From NCBI GenBank assembly GCA_964575955.1, contig CAZNTG010000009.1:64001-128000 (forward strand): a DNA stretch of 64,000 nucleotides, given 5' to 3'. The notes beneath the pieces are model-generated. The model was not told where the DNA came from and searched no databases. It saw only the letters and a program-made list of their open reading frames with translations. Below are positions 9,831 through 20,635 of the stretch, one piece after another. The number at the start of each line of letters is the position of its first letter. Position 1 is the first letter of the stretch. Source of the DNA: an uncultured Thermoproteaceae archaeon (GTDB taxonomy: Archaea; Thermoproteota; Thermoprotei; Thermoproteales; Thermocladiaceae). The translations under genes were made by a program, and so were the position numbers.

Positions 9831-10817
9831 TTATAATATGTGTAACATAGTTAAGATATATAAGATATAACCTGCCAATCCAAGTATAGCAACTTCAAAA
9901 CCTATATCTTGTCTAAGTATGTAGAATATCATTATTAGAGATATTAATGTTGTATAAAATATGCAGAATATAGAACTTAACTTCAAAATCCACTCAGTAA
10001 CAAATATAGCAATACCCGGATAGAATGTTGAGTATAGAACTTTCTCACCTACAATAGATTCTAACGCTAGAGTATCTTTACCATTGTAAGCCCATACAAG
10101 ACCAACAACTGATTCAGGAAGTGCTGATACTGATGGAATTATAACTATCGATAATAGTTGTGGATCTATGTTAAATATTTTAGATATGTATATAACACCA
10201 TCAACAAGATTTCTAGATCCAAAATATATAAACAGTATTGATAATATAAGCTGTAGTATAGATGCAGCATAGATATTCTTAATAATTTTACTAAAAACTA
10301 CCTCACTACTATGTTCAACACTCATAACCTTTCCAGATCTTGTTGTCAATATTACATAGATGAAGTATGAGGCTAGTAGAGAAATTCCTACAAGATATTT
10401 CATATATATATTAGATATGTAGTGTGGTATTAACACTATTGGAAATAGTATTGTAAATACTATGAATGGAATTACAACTTCCCTATCAGGTCTAAGTCTT
10501 GGACTTCTCCTTCTCTTTTTAAAATATGATATTAATGCTGTAAGTATAAGCATTGGGTATATTATTGTTGAAGCCATGAATGGTTCTCCAATAACAGTTC
10601 CAATACTTATCTCAGAACCTTCAACACCACCATGTATAAGTGCTACAATTATCACTGTAAGTTCAGGTAGTGATGTCAATATTGGAGATATTACAGCACC
10701 TGTTAATGATGTTGTAAATCTAAATTTAGATGCTAAGAATTCTAGAGAGCTTGTAAATAGTAGTCCTCCAATAATCACTAGGATTGATCCAGCAACTAGC
10801 TGAAGTATAGAATACAC
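9831..10817 (-). CDS. Sodium:calcium exchanger family cation antiporter
   Basis: Two alpha-repeats TSLPE and SALPE; about 10 TM helices. Confidence 0.85.
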   Translation of the reverse strand: MYSILQLVAGSILVIIGGLLFTSSLEFLASKFRFTTSLTGAVISPILTSLPELTVIIVALIHGGVEGSEISIGTVIGEPFMASTIIYPMLILTALISYFKKRRRSPRLRPDREVVIPFIVFTILFPIVLIPHYISNIYMKYLVGISLLASYFIYVILTTRSGKVMSVEHSSEVVFSKIIKNIYAASILQLILSILFIYFGSRNLVDGVIYISKIFNIDPQLLSIVIIPSVSALPESVVGLVWAYNGKDTLALESIVGEKVLYSTFYPGIAIFVTEWILKLSSIFCIFYTTLISLIMIFYILRQDIGFEVAILGLAGYILYILTMLHIL

Positions 10818-10829
10818 AGAATTTCAAGT

Positions 10830-11204
10830 TTAAATTATTATTTTCACATTACTACCTTTAGGATTCATTCTAACAAGTTCAGGAATTGATATTGCTTTAC
10901 CTCCAGCTTTGATAACTTTCTCATATGCAGATTTTGAAAATGCATATGCTGCAACAATAACTTTCTTAGTAAGTACACCATCACCGAGAAGTTTTCCAGG
11001 TATTACAACCATGTCACCATCATTACATAATCTCTCAAGTTTTCCAACATTTACAACAATTCTCTTTCTTCTAGGTCTTTCAAGAAGTTCTGCAACATAC
11101 TTCCATATTCTAACCTTATTTTCTCTAGATGCCTTTCTTAGAAATCTAATTAAGAGTCTAAGTCTCTCATTTGTAGGTCCTGTTGGTGGTCTTGAACTTG
11201 GCAT
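10830..11204 (-). CDS. rpl18e: 50S ribosomal protein L18e
   Basis: [27 protein letters not shown]. Confidence 0.95.
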   Translation of the reverse strand: MPSSRPPTGPTNERLRLLIRFLRKASRENKVRIWKYVAELLERPRRKRIVVNVGKLERLCNDGDMVVIPGKLLGDGVLTKKVIVAAYAFSKSAYEKVIKAGGKAISIPELVRMNPKGSNVKIII

Positions 11205-11232
11205 TGCAAGTCAAATTAGTTAAGACCCCTTT

Positions 11233-12690
11233 TTAAATCCTCTCTACACCTGCAGTTACTCTATCATACTCTTCGAAGAGTGTATTTGAGATCTCTATAC
11301 CAAGTTTGTACAGTATTCCCCAAGCGGCTATAATTCCTGTAGATGCTGCAATATTTATACCTCTTGAAAGACCAGCACCATCACCGGCTGCGAAAATATT
11401 TTCAACTGTAGTTTCCATAAATCTATTAACTCTAGTCTTCATACTGTAATACTTTATCTCAGGTGCATACAGTAGTGTATGTGTTGATGCTATTCCAGGA
11501 ATAACCTCATCAAGCTTTTCTAATGCTTCTAATAGATCTGTAACTACTCTATGAGGTAGTGCAAGAGCTATATCTCCAGGTGCAACTTCTTTTAATGTTG
11601 GCTCTACGATACTTCTCCTAATTCTATCCCATGTAGATCTTCTACCAACTCTAAGATCTCCAAGTCTCTGAATTATTGGTCTACCATCTCCAAGTTTTGT
11701 AACCATTCTAGCAATAGCTTTACCATACTCAATAGTATCACTTAGAGGATCTGTAAGTCTAAGACTTACGAGTAGTGCAAAGTTTGTATTTTTAGACTTC
11801 CTATCAGTATATGTCTCACCATTAACTCCAACAGTACCATCATCATAATTTTCTCTAATTACAAAACCTCCAGGATTTGTGCAGAATGTTCTAACCTTAT
11901 CGTCATAGGTCTTTGTATATATTATAATTTTAGGATCGAAGAATAGTCTTGTTAATGGTTCCATAACGTAGTAAGGTACTTCAACTCTAACACCAATATC
12001 TAGTGGATTTGGCTCAAGTTCAATTCCAAGTTTCTTAGCAACTTCTTTAAACCATTCAGCACCTGATCTACCTGGAGCAACTAGGAGAGTTTTACATTCT
12101 ACATCACCTCTACTAGTCTTCACAATTATGGTATTACTCTTCTTCTCAATATCGAATACTTCTGTCATTGTTGCAATTTTCACACCTCTACTCTCAATAT
12201 ATCTAGTCATATTTTCAATTACTTTTGGAGTGTTGTCAGTACCGATATGTCTTTGTCTAATTCTTACAAGTTGTGCACCTACTTTAACAAATTTTCTTTG
12301 AAGTTCTCTAAAATCTTCATTACTAGGATCAAATATTCTATCAGGAGCTCCAAATTTTACAAATATTGAATCTACATAGTATACTATCTTCTCAGCCATG
12401 TCCCAACTACCTATAAGTTCATGAAGATCACCACCAATGTCAGGTCTCAGATTTATAGTGCCACTACTTAGAGTTCCTGCACCACCAATACCGCACATTA
12501 TGTTGCATGGTCTACATTTTGCACATCTACCCTTAGTCTTTAATGTACATACTCTCTCAAGTGCTCTCTTACCCTTATCTATAAGTAGTATTGAAAGTTT
12601 TCTACCACTCTGCTCAAGATTCCAACATAGTTCATATGCTGCGAATAGTCCTGCAGGTCCAGCACCAACAATAACTACGTCATACTGCAC
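11233..12690 (-). CDS. NAD(P)/FAD-dependent oxidoreductase (uncharacterized family)
   Basis: [27 protein letters not shown]. Confidence 0.85.
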   Translation of the reverse strand: MQYDVVIVGAGPAGLFAAYELCWNLEQSGRKLSILLIDKGKRALERVCTLKTKGRCAKCRPCNIMCGIGGAGTLSSGTINLRPDIGGDLHELIGSWDMAEKIVYYVDSIFVKFGAPDRIFDPSNEDFRELQRKFVKVGAQLVRIRQRHIGTDNTPKVIENMTRYIESRGVKIATMTEVFDIEKKSNTIIVKTSRGDVECKTLLVAPGRSGAEWFKEVAKKLGIELEPNPLDIGVRVEVPYYVMEPLTRLFFDPKIIIYTKTYDDKVRTFCTNPGGFVIRENYDDGTVGVNGETYTDRKSKNTNFALLVSLRLTDPLSDTIEYGKAIARMVTKLGDGRPIIQRLGDLRVGRRSTWDRIRRSIVEPTLKEVAPGDIALALPHRVVTDLLEALEKLDEVIPGIASTHTLLYAPEIKYYSMKTRVNRFMETTVENIFAAGDGAGLSRGINIAASTGIIAAWGILYKLGIEISNTLFEEYDRVTAGVERI

Positions 12691-12740
12691 TTGATCAACC
12701 GTTGTTCAATAATTTTCCTAAAGAATTTAAGAATTGTTAA

Positions 12741-12761
12741 TTTGTGTATAGTATACACAAA
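12741..12761. promoter_or_regulatory. Perfect 10-1-10 palindrome (operator or purA terminator candidate)
   Basis: TTTGTGTATA-G-TATACACAAA between the purA stop and the oxidoreductase start. Confidence 0.5.
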
Positions 12762-12764
12762 TCC

Positions 12765-13784
12765 TCATTGAGGGCCAAAGATATCTCTTCTTCTATCAAC
12801 CATATCTTCAGCATCTTCACCAGTACCTATCAGTGTTATTGGAACTTTCAACTTATCTTCAAGATCTTCAATCCATCTTCTAGCTTCAACAGGAAGTTCT
12901 TCCCATCTTCTCTTACCTTTAGCATCTGGAAACACTGCATCAATCTTAGTTATCGCAATTTGAGTTGGAGTATTTATCATTATAGCTCTCTTAGCCCACT
13001 CAACGTTGAATGGTGCAACTCTCCTAGGTCTACCTGTAACAGTACCATACTCAACCCATCCACGTTTAACAGCTTCTTCATGTGGTAACTCTCCTGGTAA
13101 TTCACCAGCACCAACTCTAGTCCAATATGCTTTAAATACTAGAATTATATCGCCAACCTTTCTAGGACCTATACCTGCTTCACTAAGTATTGCAGATGCT
13201 GTAACATCTCTAGAAGTTACGTATGGGTATGTTCCATGGTATAGACTTAGGAATGTTCCTTGAGTACCTTCTATAAGTACATTCTCTCCTCTATCTAAGA
13301 TCTCATTAACTAGAGCTACTGTATCTCTAACATACTTCTTAAGCTCAGGAAAGTCTCTAGCTAACTTCAAAACTCTTAAAACTCTCTCCATCATTGCAGC
13401 ACCAACACCCTGACCTGTAGAGCCTATAACCTTCATCAGATACTCATTCTCACGTTCCATACGTACATGCTTCTCCTCAATAATACCAGTCTTCTCATCA
13501 ACAAATATTCTACCATCACAACCTGTCTCCTCAACTTCCTTCATAAATACGTCAATTCTCATTAATGCTCCTGGAGCAACTATTAGAAGTGTTTCAGGAG
13601 ATAGAAATGCTGATGGTACAATTCTAAGTTTCCAAGTTCTTCCACGATGAACAACTGTATGACCAGCATTTATAGCTCCTGTTCTAATAGCTGCCTTAGG
13701 CTTATCAGAGATTGCTAAATATGCAACAACCTTACCCTTACCTTCATCACCAAATGCACCACCAACAACTACATTAGCAGGCAT
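12765..13784 (-). CDS. purA: Adenylosuccinate synthetase (short archaeal type)
   Basis: GDEGKGK, NAGHT, EGTQG, GTYPYVTS, GTVTGRPRR. Confidence 0.97.
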   Translation of the reverse strand: MPANVVVGGAFGDEGKGKVVAYLAISDKPKAAIRTGAINAGHTVVHRGRTWKLRIVPSAFLSPETLLIVAPGALMRIDVFMKEVEETGCDGRIFVDEKTGIIEEKHVRMERENEYLMKVIGSTGQGVGAAMMERVLRVLKLARDFPELKKYVRDTVALVNEILDRGENVLIEGTQGTFLSLYHGTYPYVTSRDVTASAILSEAGIGPRKVGDIILVFKAYWTRVGAGELPGELPHEEAVKRGWVEYGTVTGRPRRVAPFNVEWAKRAIMINTPTQIAITKIDAVFPDAKGKRRWEELPVEARRWIEDLEDKLKVPITLIGTGEDAEDMVDRRRDIFGPQ

Positions 13785-13883
13785 GATCTACCCTAGATTA
13801 AGTCAATATTTAAAATATTTAAGAAATATTATTTACAACACCGTGTGATAATTATGGAAAGTATGTAGATCTATATAGATGTA

Positions 13884-14714
13884 CTAACCTACCTTAACAT
13901 AGACAACATATGCAACATCACTATCAGCATTATCACAATTATCAATACTACATTCAGATATGTATATTCTATCTCTCTCACATAACTCAACTCTAAGACA
14001 CTTAACTACATCACCACTAACATGCTTTATAGATCTTCTAGAAAATATTTGAATTTGTATTGGAGTTCTCTTAAAGATTACTCTACAAGATTTACCACAC
14101 CTTAAGAGTTCTGATGCATATGTTATAGGTGATGTACATGTTATTATTGATATAGATTTAACATGCTCAGGAATAGTCTTAGCATAATACTCATCAAGAA
14201 TACTATCGATAAGTATTGATACAACTTTACTATTTGAAAATTGTATAAACTTATCAAATTTAGATATGTGGTATATCTCTGTACCTTCAGGAATTAGATC
14301 AAGTACTTGATCTGGTATTGAGTCTGTGTATAGTATTATGTCACTGTTGAATATTACTGAGAGAGCTTTAGGACTCATAAACTTTCTCAATCCAATACCA
14401 ACATCTATAAGGTATAGTCCTGGATTTATTACTCTATCACTACTATTTTCAAAAGCTTTCAATTTCTTAAAGTTTAGCTGATAGAGATGTCTTCTACCAT
14501 GAGAGACATCTCTAACAATTCTAATAAGACCAAGATCACGAAGAAGTGATATTGCCTTTCTGACAGTTCTAGGAGATAGACCTGTACCCTCTACTAATTC
14601 TCTAAAAGTTACAGAATCTACACATTCTACAAGATGTTTATACTTGAGGTATGTTACTATATATCGAGCGGAGTTGGGTAAGTCTGAAGGTCTGAGCTCT
14701 GAGTAGGTGTACAT
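13884..14714 (-). CDS. Winged-HTH protein fused to a degenerate tetrapyrrole-methylase-like domain
   Basis: TFRELVEGTGLSPRTVRKAISLL (HTH); LYLIDVGIG...MSPKALSVIFNSDIILY resembles the N-terminus of CbiF/Dph5. Confidence 0.65.
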   Translation of the reverse strand: MYTYSELRPSDLPNSARYIVTYLKYKHLVECVDSVTFRELVEGTGLSPRTVRKAISLLRDLGLIRIVRDVSHGRRHLYQLNFKKLKAFENSSDRVINPGLYLIDVGIGLRKFMSPKALSVIFNSDIILYTDSIPDQVLDLIPEGTEIYHISKFDKFIQFSNSKVVSILIDSILDEYYAKTIPEHVKSISIITCTSPITYASELLRCGKSCRVIFKRTPIQIQIFSRRSIKHVSGDVVKCLRVELCERDRIYISECSIDNCDNADSDVAYVVYVKVG

Positions 14715-14859
14715 GATTTTTCTGAGTAGGATCTCTACATTTGCAATATTTAATAGTTGATCTATGTCTCTCGCCTCTTAACCATACATACTTTACAAAT
14801 CTCTTTCTCTTTTTAATTTAGAGAATAAGTGAAGAATAATAGCCATGTACTAGATCTAG

Positions 14860-16182
14860 ATGGACTACGTCTGTCCACTAGATTGGAGATACGGTTCTGA
14901 GGAAATGAGAAGAATATTCAAAGTTGAGAATATTGTTAGAAAGTATGTAGAAGTTGAAAAAGCTCTAGTATGTACATTAGAGGAGTTAGGTATAGCTGAG
15001 AAAGGATCCTGTGAGAAGATTAAGAATGTAGAAGTTAGTCCTGAAGAGATGTATGAGATGGAGAAGAAGATTGGTCATGATATTGCTAGTCTAGTATTTA
15101 TAATTGAAGAGAAGACTAGCTGTAGATTTGTACATTATGGAGCAACAAGCTACGATATTGTAGATACTACATGGGCATTAATTATAAGAGAGGCATTAGA
15201 CCTAGTTAAGAAGAAGTTGAAAGATTTGATAAACATCTTAATTGACCTAGCTCAAGAACATAGATATACAATAATGATAGGCAGAACGCATGGACAGCAT
15301 GCATTACCAATAACTCTAGGATTTAAATTTGCAAATTACATATACGAATTTACTAGAAGTTTAGAAAGATTGAAAGATGTTGAAGATAGAGTTGTCAGAG
15401 GTAAGATGTCTGGAGCTGTTGGAACAATGGCTGCATGGGGTAATAAAGGTGTTGAAGTTGAGAGAAGAACATTAGAGAAACTTGGACTTAAACCACACAT
15501 AATCTCAACACAGGTAGCTCCAAGAGATGGATTTGCAGAACTTATATGTACATTAGCAATACTTGCATCACAGTTAGATAGATTAGCATTAGAGATTAGA
15601 GAACTATCAAGACCAGAGATAGGAGAGCTATACGAATCGTTTAAGAGGGTTGGAAGTTCAGCAATGCCACATAAGTTAAATCCTGTAACTTCAGAGAAAG
15701 TTTCAGGATTAGCAAAGATGTTGAGAGGTCTTGTAATACCTGCTCTAGAAAATATACCACTATGGCATGAGAGAGATCTAACAAATAGTAGTTGTGAGAG
15801 AATACTAATTCCACATGCATTCTTAATAATTGACGAGATGTTAGATTCAATGATTAAAGTATTGAAGAATTTAGGTATAAATACTCAAAATATGAAGAAG
15901 AATTTAGAATTATTAAAAGGTTATACATTGACTGAGGCTGTTATGAATATTCTCATAAAGAGAGGATTATCAAGATCTGAAGCACATAGATTGTTAAGAG
16001 AACTAACGATGAGATATTCTGAAGGAAAATCTCTGTGGGAAGCTATTAAAGAGAGTGAAATATCTAAGTATCTTACAGATGAAGATTTGAAAAATATTAA
16101 ATATGAAAATTATCTAGGAGAAGTAGATAAGTTAGTAGATAGAGCTATACAATATGCTAAAGATGTTATAAGTAGAGTGTAG
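14860..16182 (+). CDS. purB: Adenylosuccinate lyase
   Basis: HYGATSYD, GRTHGQHA, GSSAMPHKLNP, LWHERDL. Confidence 0.97.
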   Translation: MDYVCPLDWRYGSEEMRRIFKVENIVRKYVEVEKALVCTLEELGIAEKGSCEKIKNVEVSPEEMYEMEKKIGHDIASLVFIIEEKTSCRFVHYGATSYDIVDTTWALIIREALDLVKKKLKDLINILIDLAQEHRYTIMIGRTHGQHALPITLGFKFANYIYEFTRSLERLKDVEDRVVRGKMSGAVGTMAAWGNKGVEVERRTLEKLGLKPHIISTQVAPRDGFAELICTLAILASQLDRLALEIRELSRPEIGELYESFKRVGSSAMPHKLNPVTSEKVSGLAKMLRGLVIPALENIPLWHERDLTNSSCERILIPHAFLIIDEMLDSMIKVLKNLGINTQNMKKNLELLKGYTLTEAVMNILIKRGLSRSEAHRLLRELTMRYSEGKSLWEAIKESEISKYLTDEDLKNIKYENYLGEVDKLVDRAIQYAKDVISRV

Positions 16183-16185
16183 AGA

Positions 16186-17373
16186 TTATCTATAAAATAC
16201 TAACGTACCTGATGCTGATATGTAGGTACACGTATTTGGATCCCATAATACAGCACTTAATGATGGATATGCAACACCATGAGGTTTTACAAATACGACA
16301 TAGTTTAGATAGGTAGTACTTTGTAGACAGCCAGCAGTTGTGACATAGGTCTTAACTAGGCTTAGTATGGTATTATATGAATATGCTCCAAGCATAAACA
16401 TGTGGAGAAATGCTCCAGATCCATGTATAGTCTCTATTCTGACAGTACCATTTATGAATATTGTAACTCTCACAACTTCATCAATATAGTTGTCTAATGG
16501 TGCTGTTGTTCCAGGCCACCAAAGATCTTCCCAACATACTAGGTAGTCTCCCAATACTTCTTGAGGATTATTAACAAGTTTGGGTAGTGTGACTGTAAAC
16601 TTTCCACCATATATATTTACTATCGTTATCGTATATGGTTGTGAGGCTCTGTATGGATTTATAAATATGACTACAGGACCTAGAGCATATCTTTGTGAAA
16701 ATGATAGTTTGGATAGATCTAATATGTTTGTAGTTAATATTTTAGCTATTCCAGAAGTCTGCTTTACGGTACTTCCGGATATGTAGTAGAATGTGTATGA
16801 TCCTGTAGCTAGATTGACAATTACGAAATGTATGTATGATGGATCTAGACTTATTCCTGATCCTGTTCTACCTGCAAGAAACACAACTGTAGACTTTCCA
16901 GCTAGTGAAGATTCTCCAGCTCTAATGTTAATTGGAACACCATATATTACTGGTGAACCACCTCTAGAAGTACCGACACCAATCTCAATATATGGAGGTA
17001 GTGAACTTATGTCAACCCCAAGTAGTGAGACCTCTATATGGTACACATTTCCAGGTTTTATATATACAGGACCTCCTATAGGTTCTCTAATAAGTACAAG
17101 TCTACCATCAGGATAGGAGAAGAAGTAGATGTATTTCACAACTACAGGACTTATTGTAGCTCTCACATCAATAACTATAGATCCAGGGAGTAGATGTACT
17201 CCAAGTATCACCAACATACTATTAGATACTTGACTTTGAGGTGGCATTGCAGATGGATATCTAGACACGTATAGGTATAGTATGGACAATATTACTACAA
17301 GTATCGATATTAGTAATACAGCACCAACAATGTTAGATAGTCCTCTAATATGCCTAAGCTTTAGACTTTTCAT
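16186..17373 (-). CDS. Archaeal type IV pilin-like protein with class III signal peptide and large C-terminal domain
   Basis: KLRHIRG|LSNIVGAVLLISILVVIL prepilin-type N-terminus. Confidence 0.7.
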   Translation of the reverse strand: MKSLKLRHIRGLSNIVGAVLLISILVVILSILYLYVSRYPSAMPPQSQVSNSMLVILGVHLLPGSIVIDVRATISPVVVKYIYFFSYPDGRLVLIREPIGGPVYIKPGNVYHIEVSLLGVDISSLPPYIEIGVGTSRGGSPVIYGVPINIRAGESSLAGKSTVVFLAGRTGSGISLDPSYIHFVIVNLATGSYTFYYISGSTVKQTSGIAKILTTNILDLSKLSFSQRYALGPVVIFINPYRASQPYTITIVNIYGGKFTVTLPKLVNNPQEVLGDYLVCWEDLWWPGTTAPLDNYIDEVVRVTIFINGTVRIETIHGSGAFLHMFMLGAYSYNTILSLVKTYVTTAGCLQSTTYLNYVVFVKPHGVAYPSLSAVLWDPNTCTYISASGTLVFYR

Positions 17374-17413
17374 CTCTTAACTTAGATATACTATCCTCCT
17401 TAATTATCCTTGT

Positions 17414-18715
17414 TTACTTCTTTATTATTATACTCTCACCTATCGATCTTGGTACTACAACATTTTCAATACCGTACTTCTGTCTTATTCTTGATACAAA
17501 TTTTAATGCATTTAGTAGTGTTGTGTGTACCATTACTATGTGTGTTTCTGTATTAAACATTTTTATAAAATCTTCAAGTTCTTTCTTACCTGCATGTGCA
17601 CTTAAATCAATCCAGTATATCTGTGCCTCGATTTTTAGTTCTCTATTCTCTACAAATGCTTTTCCACGTGTTAATATTTGAAAGCCTGGTGTTCCTGGAG
17701 CTTGAAAGCTTGGTAGTATTATTGCATTTTTCTTACTTCTTGAAAGTTTTTTCAAGTATTGTATAACTGCACCACCTTTCAACATTCCTGCAGGTGATAT
17801 AACTATGCATGGTTCTGAACCAACATTTCTTCTAAAGTACTCGCTTGGAACTTCTATTGCAACTTCCATAGCTCTCCTATATAGCTTATAGTCACGTAGG
17901 TAGTGTGGATATCTTGCAATTATCTCATTTGCAATTCTTGCTAATCCATCAACAATTATTGGGTATGTATCAACACCATACTTCACAAGTATTGATAATA
18001 CTTCTTGAGATCTACCAACTGTGAAGCTTGGTATAAGTACACATCCACCATCTTCAAGAACGTTTAGTGTAATCTCAACAAGCTGTTTTTCAAGTACTTC
18101 TCTAGGTGGATGTGTACCATTTACATATGTTCCTTCCATAATCACAACATCAACATCTTTAGGAATATTGTATAGATCTGCACCATTCAGTAGACATGTT
18201 GGTGATGGATTGAAATCTCCAGTATATAGGACTCTCCAACCATCAATCTCGATAATAACCATGGAGCTTCCAGGTACGTGACCAGCATTTAGAAATGTTA
18301 ATGATAAGTTTGGAGATATCTCAACAACTTCTCCATAAGTTACAGGTACTGTACATTCTAACATCTTTGAAACTTCTCTATGTTCATAAGGTAGGTAGTA
18401 TCCACTAAGTTTTATTAAATCTTTTATTAAAAGATCACTCAACTCTATCGTTAGAGGTGTTGCATATAGTGGAACTTCATAACTTACATATAGTGCAGGT
18501 ATAAAACCACAATGATCGAGATGTGCATGTGAAAGTACTACACATGAGAGATCTCTGGGCCTAACATGTTGTGGAAATAGTGGTCTATCCTGTTCATCAA
18601 AATTCACACCATAGTCAAGCAATACAGCTGTTCCAGATTCTAGAGATTTTACAAGTATTCCAGCTCTACCAACCTCTCCAGCACCACCTAACACCTTTAT
18701 CAATAGCTTACTCAC
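17414..18715 (-). CDS. MBL-fold beta-CASP ribonuclease (aCPSF-like, no KH domains)
   Basis: SHAHLDHCG, AGHVPGS, YTGDF, MEGTY, GRSQE, LSAHAG. Confidence 0.9.
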   Translation of the reverse strand: MSKLLIKVLGGAGEVGRAGILVKSLESGTAVLLDYGVNFDEQDRPLFPQHVRPRDLSCVVLSHAHLDHCGFIPALYVSYEVPLYATPLTIELSDLLIKDLIKLSGYYLPYEHREVSKMLECTVPVTYGEVVEISPNLSLTFLNAGHVPGSSMVIIEIDGWRVLYTGDFNPSPTCLLNGADLYNIPKDVDVVIMEGTYVNGTHPPREVLEKQLVEITLNVLEDGGCVLIPSFTVGRSQEVLSILVKYGVDTYPIIVDGLARIANEIIARYPHYLRDYKLYRRAMEVAIEVPSEYFRRNVGSEPCIVISPAGMLKGGAVIQYLKKLSRSKKNAIILPSFQAPGTPGFQILTRGKAFVENRELKIEAQIYWIDLSAHAGKKELEDFIKMFNTETHIVMVHTTLLNALKFVSRIRQKYGIENVVVPRSIGESIIIKK

Positions 18716-18773
18716 AGGACAAGTATGAGGTTCAGGTTAAAAAACTTAATAATACTAGATCAAGCGGTGATAG

Positions 18774-19643
18774 GTGTTTCTAGATAATGTTAACTGTGTG
18801 CTCTGTCTAGTGGAATCTAGACTTAGAGAACTTAATAAACTTTGCAAAATTAATAGTAACATATTGAGACTATTCTTCAAAGAGATTTCAAATATAGATG
18901 AGTATAAGAGAACTAACATATTTGTAAAGAGTTTTGAATTTATAGTAAAGATTACAGGTATTGAAGATCCACATAGAGAAGAGAAGTGGAGAATATATAG
19001 ACAATTTCTAAACATATGTAGAGATGTTATAGATAAGATATGTAATATTGATGAAGCATTAAAATTTGCAATAAATTCAAACCTCCTAGATGTTGAAATG
19101 CATGATTACAAACCGAGAATTGAAAATGTTCTAGAACTATTAAATAGAGATGTTAAGTATATTGATGTAAATTTTAGAAAAGTTTTAGATAGATGTAGAC
19201 AGGTATGCTACATACTTGACAACTCAGGTGAGCATCTATTTGATCTAGTATTAGCAGACTATATACGTAGATTGAAGAAAGATGTTGTACTTCTAGTTAG
19301 AGAATTACCGTACGAGATTGATGTTACTAGAGAACTTGTGATTAGAGGTATTCAAGATCTAGATTTGAAAGATTTTGAAATTATTGAAGTACCTGATAGA
19401 TGTCCACCAATACTATACGCAGCTAGAGAGTTTAATGATAAGAATACACTAATCATTAGTAAGGGTATTGCAAACTTTGAAGCATACATAGACTGGTGTG
19501 TTGATTATGATCTAAATGCTATATTTCTACTAGTTGCTAAGTGTAGTCCAATTGCCAAGTTTTTAGAAGTTGAAAAGGGTTCTGGTGTATGTGTAAGTTC
19601 GGATTACATAAATTCTAGAGTTAGAAATATAGTTCGTGACTGA
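18774..19643 (+). CDS. DUF89/ARMT1-like damage-control phosphatase
   Basis: CxxC N-terminus, LDNSGE, SKGIANFE, LLVAKC. Confidence 0.85.
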   Translation: MFLDNVNCVLCLVESRLRELNKLCKINSNILRLFFKEISNIDEYKRTNIFVKSFEFIVKITGIEDPHREEKWRIYRQFLNICRDVIDKICNIDEALKFAINSNLLDVEMHDYKPRIENVLELLNRDVKYIDVNFRKVLDRCRQVCYILDNSGEHLFDLVLADYIRRLKKDVVLLVRELPYEIDVTRELVIRGIQDLDLKDFEIIEVPDRCPPILYAAREFNDKNTLIISKGIANFEAYIDWCVDYDLNAIFLLVAKCSPIAKFLEVEKGSGVCVSSDYINSRVRNIVRD

Positions 19644-20634
19644 GAAAACTGGATTTAAAATAGCCATACTTGGAGCAGGACCTGCAGGTCTTCAAGCAGC
19701 ACAATACCTAGTTGAGAGAGGTTATGAAGTACATGTGTACGATAGATTGCCAGAACCTGGAGGTATGATGATGTTTGCAATACCTTCAAGAAGAATTCCA
19801 AAAGATAGAATTAGAGGTAGAGTTAGAGAATTAGAACGTAAAGGTGTGCAATTTATATTAAAGACAAAGATTCAGGATGGGTATAGTAAGATTGAAGGTG
19901 ATGATCTTGTTGAGAATATTGTAAGTATTAGAGAAATAATATCAAAATATGACTCAATACTAATATGTACTGGAGCTTGGAAGAGTAGAATGCTCAATAT
20001 TGAGGGAGAGAATAGTGTTGGAGTTTATCCAGCATTAGAATATATTCTAAACATCAGATTGAAAGAGCTTGGATATGTAGATAGAGAGCCAGATGTTGGT
20101 AATAGAGTTGTCGTTATTGGTGCAGGTAGGACAGCTGTAGATGTTGTTGAAGAACTATGTCTTAGAAATAGAGAAGTCATATTGATATATAGGAGAAAGA
20201 TATCAGAATCTAGAGCTTATAGAGAATTTCTAAAGCTATTGAATAAGTATAATATAAAAGTTCTAGAGGAGAGACAACCACTTAAAATACTTGTAAATAG
20301 AGGTAGAGTATCAGGATTAGAATTTTGCAAAGTTAAGAGAGAAGGTGACAAATTTATACTAGATACATCAAACATAGAGACTATAGAATGTGACACAGTT
20401 ATAGAAGCTATTGGTGAAATACCAACACCACCAATAAATGAAAATATTGCAAAAGAGCTAGGCATTGAGATTAGAGATGGTAGAATTGTTGTAGATTCTG
20501 AATATAGGACTGGTAATGAGAAGATATTTGCAGCTGGTGATGTAGTTTTAGGACCATCAAGTATAGGACAGGCTGTAGGTTCAGGTTTAAAAGCTGCACA
20601 GAGTATAGATAAGTACTTGAGGGCGAAAAGATAG
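19636..20634 (+). CDS. GltD/SudA-like FAD- and NADPH-dependent oxidoreductase lacking the N-terminal Fe-S domain
   Basis: GAGPAG, GGMMMFAIP, GAGRTAVD, FAAGDVVLGP. Confidence 0.85.
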   Translation: MTEKTGFKIAILGAGPAGLQAAQYLVERGYEVHVYDRLPEPGGMMMFAIPSRRIPKDRIRGRVRELERKGVQFILKTKIQDGYSKIEGDDLVENIVSIREIISKYDSILICTGAWKSRMLNIEGENSVGVYPALEYILNIRLKELGYVDREPDVGNRVVVIGAGRTAVDVVEELCLRNREVILIYRRKISESRAYREFLKLLNKYNIKVLEERQPLKILVNRGRVSGLEFCKVKREGDKFILDTSNIETIECDTVIEAIGEIPTPPINENIAKELGIEIRDGRIVVDSEYRTGNEKIFAAGDVVLGPSSIGQAVGSGLKAAQSIDKYLRAKR

Positions 20635-20635
20635 A

